This document shows positions 18,615 to 28,546 of a stretch of DNA of 64,000 nucleotides, in pieces. Source of the DNA: Candidatus Woesearchaeota archaeon (GTDB lineage: Archaea > Nanobdellota > Nanobdellia > Woesearchaeales > B29-G15); contig JAFCCU010000001.1 of assembly GCA_017610005.1 (NCBI GenBank), positions 80,371 through 144,370 on the forward strand. Reading direction: 5' to 3'. Under the pieces are notes generated by a model. That model had not been told where the DNA came from. It made no database searches and saw nothing but the letters and a program-made list of their open reading frames with translations. The translations under genes and the position numbers were made by a program. Position 1 is the stretch's first letter. The number at the start of each line of letters is the position of its first letter.

Positions 18615-19202
18615 ATGGATGAAATAGCTTTTAAGGGAGGTTTAATTGCCCTAGTTGCAGAACAAGTAGGGCTAGCACCAGTCTCTGCTCAAGAAAAAAA
18701 ACTTTCTGAATTATTCCCCTTACCAGAAGCTAAGGAATATTTAGATGGTTCCCTTGTTAACATGGCTGTTCATACATTGGAAGATGGAGAACCTCTAAAT
18801 GTGAGTAAGGCTTATAACCACATTTTTGAAATTACAAAAGGATTTTTAGAAACTGAATTTTATGAGAGGATCGGTAAAGAAGCAAGAGCCGGTTCAGAAT
18901 ATTATATGGGATATGTTATTGGAGGGGGGGAGGAGTCAGAACTTTATTTGGAATTTGGATTAAACGTTCTTCGTCAAAACCCTCTTATCTCATCTACTTT
19001 CTCAAATTTAGTAACCCTTGGATTTGATCCACAATTTGATGATGTTTCCCTTTCTGATTTTGTAAGAATAGTGCATGAAAGGTTTGAATTGCTGTGGGAT
19101 GTGGCTTCAGTTAGACTAAGAGATTTAGGTCTATTAGGAGTGGGTGGTTATTCAGTGAATCGATTAGAGAATGACGATACACCCCTGTATCTTTTTAAAT
19201 GA
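18615..19202 (+). CDS. Hypothetical protein
   Basis: Clean 195-aa ORF in the same orientation as its neighbours. No recognisable motif. Confidence 0.4.
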   Translation: MDEIAFKGGLIALVAEQVGLAPVSAQEKKLSELFPLPEAKEYLDGSLVNMAVHTLEDGEPLNVSKAYNHIFEITKGFLETEFYERIGKEARAGSEYYMGYVIGGGEESELYLEFGLNVLRQNPLISSTFSNLVTLGFDPQFDDVSLSDFVRIVHERFELLWDVASVRLRDLGLLGVGGYSVNRLENDDTPLYLFK

Positions 19203-20056
19203 TCATTTCTTCGCAATTTTTAATGGAAGTTATTGAACGTTTAGAATTATTAGCCACATGTGAAAGGCCAATGAGCTTAAGGTCAATTGGAGAAGAGCTT
19301 TCCATAAGTGATGAGTGGGCAAGAAATCTAATAGATGACAATGGGTGGGGGAAAACTTACAGGCGAAATAGGCAGCTATTACGAAGAGAAAAGGGCACAT
19401 TGGCAAAAGAAGCCAAAAAAAAGAGGAGTTTAAAAGCAAAAAAGGCAGTTATTGTTGCATTTGAAAATGCAGAGCCTGCAATGCAACTTACAATATTGCG
19501 CTGTTTAAAGCACCCGCATAAAAACGCAAAACATAATATTGGTACTTTAACTACAATTTACTCAAGACATCTTGATGCAGTGGCGAATAATAGATTACCT
19601 ACATTATCTGAACTGGGGAAGGGTCTTGAAGTAACAGTTCAATATGTTTCAAGGGTTATGAGGGATGTAGCAGGTAGGAGACATGCTCCGGCAAGAAGAT
19701 TTAAACCTTATGAAATTAAATATATAAGAGGAATCAACCAAATTCCTTCTCCACTATCTCTTGCAGATAGGGCGCACTTTACTGGATATGAAAGCCACCA
19801 CTTAACAAATCAAAAAGGCCATGGAGTTGTAGTTTTACCAAGAACTAGTATGATTAGCAAGATATCTTATAAAAAAGCCAATGATTTTTTAGTAAAATTA
19901 GTTGCTTGTGATTTTGTACCTAAGGTAATGAGAGATACTAACATTAGATACAATACGCAAGCAAACTATATATTAGAAAACCAAGGGTGGATATTAAGAG
20001 ATATTGCACAGTTTGAAGTTGCAGCTGAAGGATTAAGGGACAAATACTTCCCTTAA
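19199..20056 (+). CDS. Hypothetical basic protein with two HTH-like segments
   Basis: MSLRSIGEELSISDEWARNLI and LSELGKGLEVTVQYVSRVMRDV. Lys/Arg-rich. Overlaps the previous stop by 4 nt. Confidence 0.4.
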   Translation: MIISSQFLMEVIERLELLATCERPMSLRSIGEELSISDEWARNLIDDNGWGKTYRRNRQLLRREKGTLAKEAKKKRSLKAKKAVIVAFENAEPAMQLTILRCLKHPHKNAKHNIGTLTTIYSRHLDAVANNRLPTLSELGKGLEVTVQYVSRVMRDVAGRRHAPARRFKPYEIKYIRGINQIPSPLSLADRAHFTGYESHHLTNQKGHGVVVLPRTSMISKISYKKANDFLVKLVACDFVPKVMRDTNIRYNTQANYILENQGWILRDIAQFEVAAEGLRDKYFP

Positions 20057-20096
20057 AACAGTTCCATTTTTAAATTATTAGTTTTACCATTCTTTT

Positions 20097-21467
20097 ATGG
20101 GAGTGAACTCAGCATTATTAAATGTTTTAAGGGGAGGTAGAATCAACTCGTCATTTACAGCAGCCGAAAAACTTTATCAAAGAGTTTTATGGGCAATTGA
20201 AGATTCTTTATCTGCTGGCGCTAAAAATGCATTGGAAGTTCATAAGATGCTTCCTTATCTTAAACGAGTTTCTCCTTTAACAATTGATATTATTGGTGAA
20301 AAACACCCTGATTTTGAATTTGACGGCAGAATAATTGATCCAAAATTAACCTTTGATATGAATTACTTGATGGTAATTGATGAAATAGAAGGAGAAACAT
20401 TTAATCATTATGGTAATTGGCAAGAGGTTGTCGATGAGCTTGGATATTCAAGGAATATTACCCTTGCTTTAGCTTGGGCAGCACAGATTCATCATCCTGA
20501 AGAAGGGGCAATTTCAAAACAAGAATTATTTGCAAGTTTGGGGAGTCAAAGAAGAGCAAAGCTTCTTCTTGGTGATTTAAACCTTCAAATATTATTATCT
20601 GAAGATATTGATCCTTATTTTGGAATTGAGCAGATGGTTGATTATAATTTAAATTTAGGGGAAATGGAGTTACTTTTGGGACTAAAATCCCAAAATATTC
20701 ATCATGAGTTAAGAAGAAGAAAGCTCATTAATAAATGGCAAGAAATAAGGAGAGCTGAAAAACAACCTCCAAGAAGTGTTTTTAAACACAATCTCTTAAC
20801 TTCATTTGGAAAAGATTTGTGGGCATATACAAGGCATAAGGCAGAAGAAGGGAGTGTTGTTGCAAAAGCTATGGGTGCATATTCTACTCGGGGGAGGAAT
20901 TCTGGGATTAATTTATCCTTGGGGATGATCCTTATAACTAGGGTGAAAGAAGCCCAGAATCAAATAAAACCTAATGGGAGACCTCCAGGATTAAGGGACT
21001 TAGTAGAAGGGTTAAGTGTTACAGTTCACTCTGCTGAAGATTATTATGTAAAGGTGAATGAAGATCTTCCTTCTGGGAGGAGATTATTAAGACAAGTTCC
21101 AAAATCAGTTGATTGGTTTATCAGAGATGCTTTAGCATTTAATTCAAACTTATCTATTAAAGATAGAGCGTGGTACATGGACCTTCCTTTCCATGTTGTT
21201 AAAAGAAGGGCAGTTAAGCATGGGTTTGGAACAATGGGAGGATATGCAACTCATGGGCGAATAAATTACAGATCAGCGGATTTATTTTACCTTGCAATGG
21301 ATGATTCTACTTTAACTAAGGCTGATGCAATTGAACTTGGAGGGGTTAGGGGAGAACGCGCTTTTTTGGAGTTATTAGATAGAAAAACTGAGTTAAGAAG
21401 AGAGATTGGAAGTTTCAAAGGCCATGTTACAAAACTCAAAAAGAAGTATGGGCTAACCATTTCTTAA
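20097..21467 (+). CDS. Hypothetical protein (456 aa)
   Basis: Long clean ORF. No motif recognised. Confidence 0.4.
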   Translation: MGVNSALLNVLRGGRINSSFTAAEKLYQRVLWAIEDSLSAGAKNALEVHKMLPYLKRVSPLTIDIIGEKHPDFEFDGRIIDPKLTFDMNYLMVIDEIEGETFNHYGNWQEVVDELGYSRNITLALAWAAQIHHPEEGAISKQELFASLGSQRRAKLLLGDLNLQILLSEDIDPYFGIEQMVDYNLNLGEMELLLGLKSQNIHHELRRRKLINKWQEIRRAEKQPPRSVFKHNLLTSFGKDLWAYTRHKAEEGSVVAKAMGAYSTRGRNSGINLSLGMILITRVKEAQNQIKPNGRPPGLRDLVEGLSVTVHSAEDYYVKVNEDLPSGRRLLRQVPKSVDWFIRDALAFNSNLSIKDRAWYMDLPFHVVKRRAVKHGFGTMGGYATHGRINYRSADLFYLAMDDSTLTKADAIELGGVRGERAFLELLDRKTELRREIGSFKGHVTKLKKKYGLTIS

Positions 21468-22227
21468 TATCTTCAATCTTTTTTTCAATTTCTATTTCAC
21501 CTGCCTTTACATAATGCTTCCAGTCGTGAAATTTGGGAGATTCAGAAAAATCCTTATCAAATTTAGGTTTTATTACAAAAACTTTTTTTTGATCAAATTC
21601 AGGCAATTGTGCATTTATTACAATTGCAAAAACAGTTGCAATAGAATTAAACAAGTTTTGTGAAGAGAGTGGTTGATCAATATCCATTAGATCAATTGCA
21701 ATAACTTTATCCATCCCCTTTTCTAATAAGTAGTTGACTGGAAGGGGTTCAAGGAGACATCCATCCATATATTGATTATTTTGAAATTTATAGGCTGGCA
21801 AAAATCCAGGGATTGCAGATGATGCCATTACTGCATCAATTAATTTCCCAGATTCAAAATGAACTGTTTTTCTTTGGTTGAGGGATGTTGCAGAAATAAT
21901 GATTGGAATGATAGTATCATCAAATTTTTTATCACCGAAATAATATTTTGTTAAAAATTTCTTTATTTTTGAGCCTTTTAACACAGATTTTACAGGGAGC
22001 CTTAAATCAGCCAGTTTCATATACAATTGCATTTCACTAAATTTAGAAATAACATCTACCATTGGGTGTAATGTTCCATTTAATCCGTAAATCCCTGCAG
22101 CTAAGGCTCCAATTGAAGTTCCTGCAACCATATCAAAAGAAATCCCCTCTTTTGAAAGTCTTTCTAATATTGGTACAAACGCAAAACCCCGGGCAGAGCC
22201 TGAGCCAAGAGCAAGTCCTAGCTTCAT
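21436..22227 (-). CDS. Patatin-like phospholipase
   Basis: LALGSGSARG oxyanion motif, a GTSIG nucleophile elbow (GxSxG), and DGG near the C-terminus. Confidence 0.7.
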   Translation of the reverse strand: MKLGLALGSGSARGFAFVPILERLSKEGISFDMVAGTSIGALAAGIYGLNGTLHPMVDVISKFSEMQLYMKLADLRLPVKSVLKGSKIKKFLTKYYFGDKKFDDTIIPIIISATSLNQRKTVHFESGKLIDAVMASSAIPGFLPAYKFQNNQYMDGCLLEPLPVNYLLEKGMDKVIAIDLMDIDQPLSSQNLFNSIATVFAIVINAQLPEFDQKKVFVIKPKFDKDFSESPKFHDWKHYVKAGEIEIEKKIEDIKKWLAHTSF

Positions 22228-22298
22228 AGAGGGTAAAGACGTAGATTTACTATATAAATTTTGCTAAGGTTTATTAATATAGGTATATTCAAAGTTTT

Positions 22299-22730
22299 AT
22301 GCAAGATCAATTAAAATCAAGATTAATTGAAGCAATTACTACCTTGGCAGAGGTATCTCCGGTCTCTCAAAATACTCCTTTAAATGAAGCCTTTTTATCA
22401 AAAACAACAGGATATGTGGGGCATGGTGTGCAGGATTTTTATGCAACACCAAATAGACTTTGTTCAAGATTATTAAATGAAAATTTGCATCATACCCTTA
22501 GTGATATTACTTCTTTTATCCAGGTTGGATTTGGAATAGAATTAGGTATGGCTAAATCTCATTTATTTGTTGTCTTGTCTAAATCTACTGAAGGAAGGAT
22601 GCATAAAAACTTTTGTAGCATAGGAGTAGATTCTACTAGTGATTCACCAACAATTGCAGATTATGTTGATTATGTTGTAGATTCTTATGATAGCCTTTTG
22701 ACAACTTATATTTTTAATAACCTCCCCTAA
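22299..22730 (+). CDS. Hypothetical protein
   Basis: 143-aa ORF. No motif recognised. Confidence 0.35.
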   Translation: MQDQLKSRLIEAITTLAEVSPVSQNTPLNEAFLSKTTGYVGHGVQDFYATPNRLCSRLLNENLHHTLSDITSFIQVGFGIELGMAKSHLFVVLSKSTEGRMHKNFCSIGVDSTSDSPTIADYVDYVVDSYDSLLTTYIFNNLP

Positions 22731-22760
22731 GTTTTTAAACTTCAAAAGTAATTAAGGCTT

Positions 22761-23636
22761 GTGAAAGAAGCACTGTTCTATAAAAAATTAAAAAACAAAT
22801 TAGTTCAGTGTGAGCTTTGCCCCCATAATTGTGTAATTAAGCCAGGAGAAAGAGGCAAGTGCAGAGTAAGGGAAAATCAAGAAGGCAAATTAATTGCCTT
22901 AACATATGGGAAGTTAGCGACAGCGGCAATAGACCCAATTGAGAAAAAACCCTTATATCATTTTCATCCAGGCGAAAAAGCCTTTTCAATTGCAACAGAA
23001 GGCTGTAATTTAGCTTGCCCATTTTGTCAAAATCACACATTATCTCAAAAACCAGAAGAAGGTTTTCCTGTATTTGGAGAAATAGTTACCCCAAGGGATA
23101 TAGTTGATAAAGCAGAAGAAACAGGCTGCAAAATTATAGCTTACACATATTCAGAACCAACAATAGCTTATGAATTCTGGCTCGATACAATGAAAGAAGC
23201 TAAGAAGAGAGGATTGCTTAATGTCTGGGTCACAAATGGCTTCATAAACCCTAAACCCTTAACCTTACTTCTCCCTTATTTGGATGCAGCAAATATTGAT
23301 TTAAAGGGTTTTTCTGAAGAGGCATACTCAATGATGGGTGGAAAGCTTAAACCAGTTTTAGAAACAATTAAACTCATTCATGACAAAGTTCATATTGAAA
23401 TAACCACGCTTATAATACCTGAATTTAATGAGCAAGATGTACAAGACATAGGCAAATTTATTGCTAACCTTAATCCTAAAATACCCTGGCATATTTCTCG
23501 CTTCTTCCCCCATTATAAACTGAAAAGGAAAGACCCAACACCTTTAGAAATAATGAGAAAAGTTGAAAAGACAGCGCATGCAACTGGGGTTAAACATATT
23601 TACCTTGGGAATATGGGAATAAACCATAAATCTTAA
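22761..23636 (+). CDS. Radical SAM enzyme (AmmeMemoRadiSam-type / PFL-activase-like), GTG start
   Basis: CNLACPFCQN CxxxCxxC motif and an upstream CELCPHNC. The size and the MEMO1 homolog elsewhere in the window fit the AmmeMemoRadiSam family. Confidence 0.6.
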   Translation: MKEALFYKKLKNKLVQCELCPHNCVIKPGERGKCRVRENQEGKLIALTYGKLATAAIDPIEKKPLYHFHPGEKAFSIATEGCNLACPFCQNHTLSQKPEEGFPVFGEIVTPRDIVDKAEETGCKIIAYTYSEPTIAYEFWLDTMKEAKKRGLLNVWVTNGFINPKPLTLLLPYLDAANIDLKGFSEEAYSMMGGKLKPVLETIKLIHDKVHIEITTLIIPEFNEQDVQDIGKFIANLNPKIPWHISRFFPHYKLKRKDPTPLEIMRKVEKTAHATGVKHIYLGNMGINHKS

Positions 23637-23661
23637 ATACTATTTTCTTATGAATAAATAA

Positions 23662-24708
23662 ATGGTAACCCTGCAATCAGTCTATTTCGGAAATTCACTT
23701 CAAACTTATCTTTTTGCAACACTAGCATTTATCGGAGTATTATTTATTTTAAGATTCATTAAATTTGTAGTTGTAAAGCAACTACTGCGATTATCTGGAA
23801 AAACAAAAACAGAGTTAGATGATTTAATTATAGGAATAATCGATAGTATCGGGTGGCCAGTTTACTTTTTAATTGGAGTTTATATGGGATTATTTTTCAC
23901 AATTGAACCTCCAATTGTTTATACAGTGTTAAGTTACTTAGGTTTAGTCATATTGATCTTCTATGCTACAAAAATTGCAACTTCTGTAGTTGCTTGGGGA
24001 TCAGGCAAAATTTTACATAAACAACAGGAAGCAGGGCCAGTTGACCCTACAATGATTAATTTTATTAAAAATATTATTAAAGGATTATTATGGCTTGTAG
24101 CTCTTTTAATATTGCTTCAAAATCTGGGAGTTAATGTAACTTCTGTTATTGCAGGGTTAGGTATTGGAGGACTTGCTATTGCATTTGCATTGCAGGGAAT
24201 CTTAAGTGATATCTTTGCAAGTGTTTCAATTTATTTTGATAAACCATTTGAAGTAGGAGACTATATTGTAATTGGTGGAGACTCTGGAACAGTTGAACAC
24301 ATTGGCATAAAATCAACAAGAATTAAGACTTTAAAGGGTCAGGAGTTAATTGTAAGCAATCAAGAATTAACAAGCACTCGAGTTAATAATTACAAAAAGA
24401 TGGATAGGAGACGTGTTGTATTCTCAATAGGGCTTACTTATGATACCACTGCAGAAACTTTAGCAAAAGTTCCATTAATGATAAAAGGAATTATTCAAAA
24501 AGTTAAGCACACTGAACTTGAGCGAGTGCATTTTGCTAGTATGGGGGATTATTCATTAAATTTTGAAATAGTCTACTATGTTGACACAAAAGAATATGCA
24601 GTTTATATGGATATTCACCAGGAAATAATCTTAAAACTTAAGGGAGACTTTGATAAGAAGAAAATCGAATTTGCTTATCCAACGCAGACGGTTTTCTTGG
24701 AAAAATAG
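23662..24708 (+). CDS. MscS-family mechanosensitive channel
   Basis: N-terminal TM helices, then DKPFEVGDYIVIGGDSGTVEHIGIKSTRIKTLKGQELIVSNQEL, the conserved MscS beta-domain signature. Confidence 0.75.
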   Translation: MVTLQSVYFGNSLQTYLFATLAFIGVLFILRFIKFVVVKQLLRLSGKTKTELDDLIIGIIDSIGWPVYFLIGVYMGLFFTIEPPIVYTVLSYLGLVILIFYATKIATSVVAWGSGKILHKQQEAGPVDPTMINFIKNIIKGLLWLVALLILLQNLGVNVTSVIAGLGIGGLAIAFALQGILSDIFASVSIYFDKPFEVGDYIVIGGDSGTVEHIGIKSTRIKTLKGQELIVSNQELTSTRVNNYKKMDRRRVVFSIGLTYDTTAETLAKVPLMIKGIIQKVKHTELERVHFASMGDYSLNFEIVYYVDTKEYAVYMDIHQEIILKLKGDFDKKKIEFAYPTQTVFLEK

Positions 24709-24710
24709 GA

Positions 24711-24730
24711 CCACTAATTAGTGGTTCTAT
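24711..24730 (+). terminator. Perfect 9-bp-stem hairpin immediately after the mscS stop
   Basis: GACCACTAATTAGTGGTTC. Confidence 0.3.
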
Positions 24731-24758
24731 ATCCAAACCTTTTTAAAATAATCTGTAT

Positions 24759-26282
24759 TTGTATTATTTTATGACGCTAAATGTAATCTTCAACACCCAA
24801 ATAAAAGGGGGTTCAGGTAAGACTTCTACACTAGTTGAACTTCTATTTGCATTATCTCAAAGATATAAAACAGGAGTAATTGATATGGACGCTCAAGGAG
24901 CTATGGGATCAACTCTCCTAGGGAGGGAAATCAAATGCTTAAGACCATCTGAATACTTGGCTCCTGAAAAAGTAACAATGGCTGACCCTCAAGTATTTAG
25001 ACTTGTATCAAAAGGGCAAAGAATTACGTTTCAAGTTCCTAAGGTTGAGACAAGCGTTGCCTTGTTCCCATTAGGCCATTTTAGAGATCATGAAGATAGG
25101 ATTTGCGAGTTAGGGGAAGCATTAGACCAAATGGATGATCCTGATTTCTTAATAATTGATTCTTCAGGTATGGATGATATTGAAAATACATTAGCAAATT
25201 CAATAGATCCTCTTAGGGCAGTTTATGGAGGGGATATTAATTTATTTCCATTAAATGTCTCGACTCCATTTTCAAACATTACTTCAATGGGTTTTACTAG
25301 AACAACTCAGGCAATTGAAGAACTTATAGCAAGGGGATTTTCACCGAATAGAATTTTCCCAATTTCAGTATTGAATAAAACCCCTATCAGAGATAGGTCT
25401 ACTTATGATTTAGTATCTTCAGAATTTGTAGATAAGTTAATTGATCAAGGTTTTTTAAGCAAATATCCTGAAGATGATTGTACAGGAAATTCCCCAAGAA
25501 AAGTTACTCTTGAAGGCCAAAGCGCATTATCCATTTTATTCCCAGAGATTGCAAATTTGCAAGACGGAGATTTTTCTCTATTTTTAAGAGATGGACCAAA
25601 GTATTACTTTTACCCCCATCTATTGGATGCATTAAAAATTAGAGGTATTGAGATCCCAATAAAAGATGAAAAAATTCAGATGTTTTCGTCAGGAATAACA
25701 AGATTTATTGGATATGTTTCTGGATGTAGTCAGGTGAGGGGAAAAAATTCCCATAATATTCATTTGGAATCTTTTGATCTTGATGCAATATCAGAAGATC
25801 CACAATTGGGGTATTTACTTGAAAGATATAAGGGAGCATATTCTGGTATATCCTTTCCAAGTATTCACTCTGAAAGACAAGAGTTCGGTTCGCGTTTTAC
25901 TGCTCCAAGCATGGATTTTATTTCAATTAAAGCACCTCTTAATCAAAATAAATTTAGAAGACTGTGCCATTTTGTAGAGGCAACCCTCGCACCAGGAGAA
26001 ATAGCAACTTTTGAGGGGCCCAACCATCCAAATCGGTTTATAATTAGCTTAGATCGTGAGCAATTTGACTCTTACATCCATTGTGAAGGGGGTGAATATT
26101 CAAGAGGAATACAAGGGATCCCCTTCTGCGCAATAGCATATTCTGAAACTACTCCGGGCAGGTTGCACGTTGGATTCTTGAATCAGACGTCACTAAGAAT
26201 AGATTATAATATGGAATGCCAACCATTTTATAGAAATGTTATTGAGCCTGTTTTAAAGACAATTGCAGGCTTGTTGCCCTAA
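24759..26282 (+). CDS. ParA/MinD-like P-loop ATPase fused to a ~250-aa C-terminal domain of unknown function
   Basis: Deviant Walker A NTQIKGGSGKTST and a hydrophobic-D Walker B FLIIDSSG. The C-terminal half has no recognised motif. Confidence 0.5.
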   Translation: MYYFMTLNVIFNTQIKGGSGKTSTLVELLFALSQRYKTGVIDMDAQGAMGSTLLGREIKCLRPSEYLAPEKVTMADPQVFRLVSKGQRITFQVPKVETSVALFPLGHFRDHEDRICELGEALDQMDDPDFLIIDSSGMDDIENTLANSIDPLRAVYGGDINLFPLNVSTPFSNITSMGFTRTTQAIEELIARGFSPNRIFPISVLNKTPIRDRSTYDLVSSEFVDKLIDQGFLSKYPEDDCTGNSPRKVTLEGQSALSILFPEIANLQDGDFSLFLRDGPKYYFYPHLLDALKIRGIEIPIKDEKIQMFSSGITRFIGYVSGCSQVRGKNSHNIHLESFDLDAISEDPQLGYLLERYKGAYSGISFPSIHSERQEFGSRFTAPSMDFISIKAPLNQNKFRRLCHFVEATLAPGEIATFEGPNHPNRFIISLDREQFDSYIHCEGGEYSRGIQGIPFCAIAYSETTPGRLHVGFLNQTSLRIDYNMECQPFYRNVIEPVLKTIAGLLP

Positions 26283-26327
26283 GCACCGCAGCACATCAAT
26301 ATATACTAAAAACCCTTATTTCTCTCT

Positions 26328-26675
26328 ATGAAAGAGCATTACCAAGTATTTGCAGACTCAGTTGACAGCAGGCTGGACAATGATTTTATTGGAAAACTAG
26401 AAAAAACCGTAAATAAAGGCATGTATATGATGGCTGCAGCACCTGCAGTTGCTGAAGAAGCAGGTTTTTCATGGCCTGCTCCAAATAAAATTACTTGGAT
26501 TGCTGGAGCTGTTTTTTTAGGTTCTTTAGCTCTTGCTGGCCTTAGTGATGGGAGACCAAGGTTTAGGGTATATTCGCGGCTTACAGAAAAAGTAATCTAT
26601 GGTTCAGCTTTTATTGGTGGAGGAGCATATATTCTTCAAGTACTTGGTCAAGAAGTTGGTAAGTTGTTTAAATAA
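26328..26675 (+). CDS. Hypothetical small membrane protein
   Basis: Hydrophobic AAPAVAEEAGF…WIAGAVFLGSLALAGL and SAFIGGGAYILQVLG segments. Confidence 0.35.
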   Translation: MKEHYQVFADSVDSRLDNDFIGKLEKTVNKGMYMMAAAPAVAEEAGFSWPAPNKITWIAGAVFLGSLALAGLSDGRPRFRVYSRLTEKVIYGSAFIGGGAYILQVLGQEVGKLFK

Positions 26676-26736
26676 AGATTTTGTCTAGTAAATATAAAAG
26701 TTAATTCCATTTCTAAGCATATTTTTAATATTGCTC

Positions 26737-26937
26737 TTATTTAGGAAATTTTATAATTTTTACAGGAGGCATTGGGCGATATGCGTTGATGCCTATATCA
26801 TATCCACCTTGTGAAGGCCACATAGGTCCTTCTCGATTTCCAGGAGTTCTTGAAGCGTCCCTTTTTCCATCAAGATAATTCCACATTTCCATTGCTCCAT
26901 GATCAATAAATCCTCGTTTATCTCTTAGTAATTCCAT
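26737..26937 (-). CDS. Hypothetical small protein
   Basis: 66-aa ORF. Weak evidence only. Confidence 0.25.
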   Translation of the reverse strand: MELLRDKRGFIDHGAMEMWNYLDGKRDASRTPGNREGPMWPSQGGYDIGINAYRPMPPVKIIKFPK

Positions 26938-27055
26938 TTTTATCTCCTAATTTCTTTTATTCCCATACATTATACCCGTTTAATTGTAAAGGTAACTTTC
27001 CTTAAGATTGTTTAAGGCTAAGATCGTATATAAAGCTATTGGAGGGCCTCTTGAA

Positions 27056-27448
27056 TTAATCGAGTTTATAAGGGCTCATAGCGTCAAGTTTTTCTGTTAA
27101 GCTTTTTTGTCCAAGTGTAGGCGTTAGATCAATTTCTGGTACTTTTAATGGATTTCTTGTAATTGCTGCAATTTGTATGTTTAATTGAGTTTCTCTTTGT
27201 TCAGTGAAGATTTCTTGTTGAGCTAGATTTGCATTTCTTTTCCTTTCACTTTCTTCTAATTGTGTAGCTGTCTCGAAATAAGATTGCCGATATGCCTCCT
27301 TTGCCATAAATGAGCCAAAAGTGCGTGGACCAGGACACCCATACAATGCATCAGATATTCCCAATTCAATTGCTTGTTCTTCCATTCTATTGTCTTGTTC
27401 TATTCTAATACCTCTTGGATCAAGTGGTAGATACGGATTGAATTCCAT
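27056..27448 (-). CDS. Hypothetical protein
   Basis: 130-aa ORF. No motif. Confidence 0.3.
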   Translation of the reverse strand: MEFNPYLPLDPRGIRIEQDNRMEEQAIELGISDALYGCPGPRTFGSFMAKEAYRQSYFETATQLEESERKRNANLAQQEIFTEQRETQLNIQIAAITRNPLKVPEIDLTPTLGQKSLTEKLDAMSPYKLD

Positions 27449-27716
27449 AGTTAAGGATAAAGTGAATATAGTATATAAGAAAATGCTGTTGTGACAAGGG
27501 CAACACTCACTTTAAAGTCTTTTTTCAAGAGAAAGCGGTTTGTCTTTTCTGGTTTGATCTTTGTTTCTTAATAAATTTAATATTTCATCTTCACAATGTG
27601 GGCAGGAGTGTGAAAATTATGTGAAATATGCCTGTAAAAATCTTTTTGGCGACTGTATCCGTAGCCTCTTTGCCCCATATATAATCCCATAAATTTAAAG
27701 AAAAATTTAATTCTTT

Positions 27717-28244
27717 TTAATTCTTAGCATTTACAATAGGGGATGCAACACTTCTGTACCATCTAATTAATCTTTGTAAGGGTTTAAAATTATTAACTAA
27801 GATTCCATTTAAATGGTCAAACTCATGCTGCACAAATTGGGCTAATCTCCCTTTCATCTCAGCTTGAAACTCATTTCCGTCAATATCTTGGAAAGTTACA
27901 TTGACTTTATATGCTCTTAATTTAAATCCACTATATCCTATTTGACAGCTTTCATAGATTGGATACCTAACGCCCTGAAGTCTCACTTCTGGATTTACCA
28001 TAGTGATAGTGTCTTCGAGGGTAGGTGCTTCAGAAAACCAGGTAATATTCGCAGGTTTATCATTAACAACAACAAATAATCGCTTTAAATACCCTATTTC
28101 AGGCCCAGAAGCACCCCCTAAATCATATTTTCTAATTAATTCCTTAAGATAATCTACTTTTCCATATACCTTATCTGTTTCGAAATCTACTTCTTCGCAG
28201 ATTGTATGTAATTGTTCTAGTGTTGCTAATCCCATATTTCTCAA
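27717..28244 (-). CDS. def: Peptide deformylase homolog
   Basis: Motif 3 QHEFDHLNG, an EGCLS-like ESCQIGYSG, and a GΦGΦAAPQ-like GASGPEIGY. Confidence 0.65.
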   Translation of the reverse strand: MRNMGLATLEQLHTICEEVDFETDKVYGKVDYLKELIRKYDLGGASGPEIGYLKRLFVVVNDKPANITWFSEAPTLEDTITMVNPEVRLQGVRYPIYESCQIGYSGFKLRAYKVNVTFQDIDGNEFQAEMKGRLAQFVQHEFDHLNGILVNNFKPLQRLIRWYRSVASPIVNAKN

Positions 28245-28439
28245 ATTTTTAATTGAATCCTCACTTTTAAACTTTTTTATTGATTTTTTTAATTCTTGTG
28301 TATATTGAAAAGAATTACCTAGACTTATATTCTTTAAAATATATATTAAAATAGACTATAGTGTTCTAAAATATATAATATAAAACTATCTTTCTAGACA
28401 TTATTTTTAATAATATTGTTTTTTATAATATAATAAAAC

Positions 28440-28500
28440 CTTTAATAAATAATTAAAAATATTAGCCTTAATTATAATTAAAAGATTTAATTAAAAATTA
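28440..28500. repeat. Extremely AT-rich tract 3' of the integrase containing the palindrome TAATTAAAAGATTTAATTA
   Basis: Same palindrome class as the array at 29780-29995. Confidence 0.5.
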
Positions 28501-28546
28501 ATAATATTAACCATTCCTCAAAAACTAGTTTCTCGTCTAAAAACTA

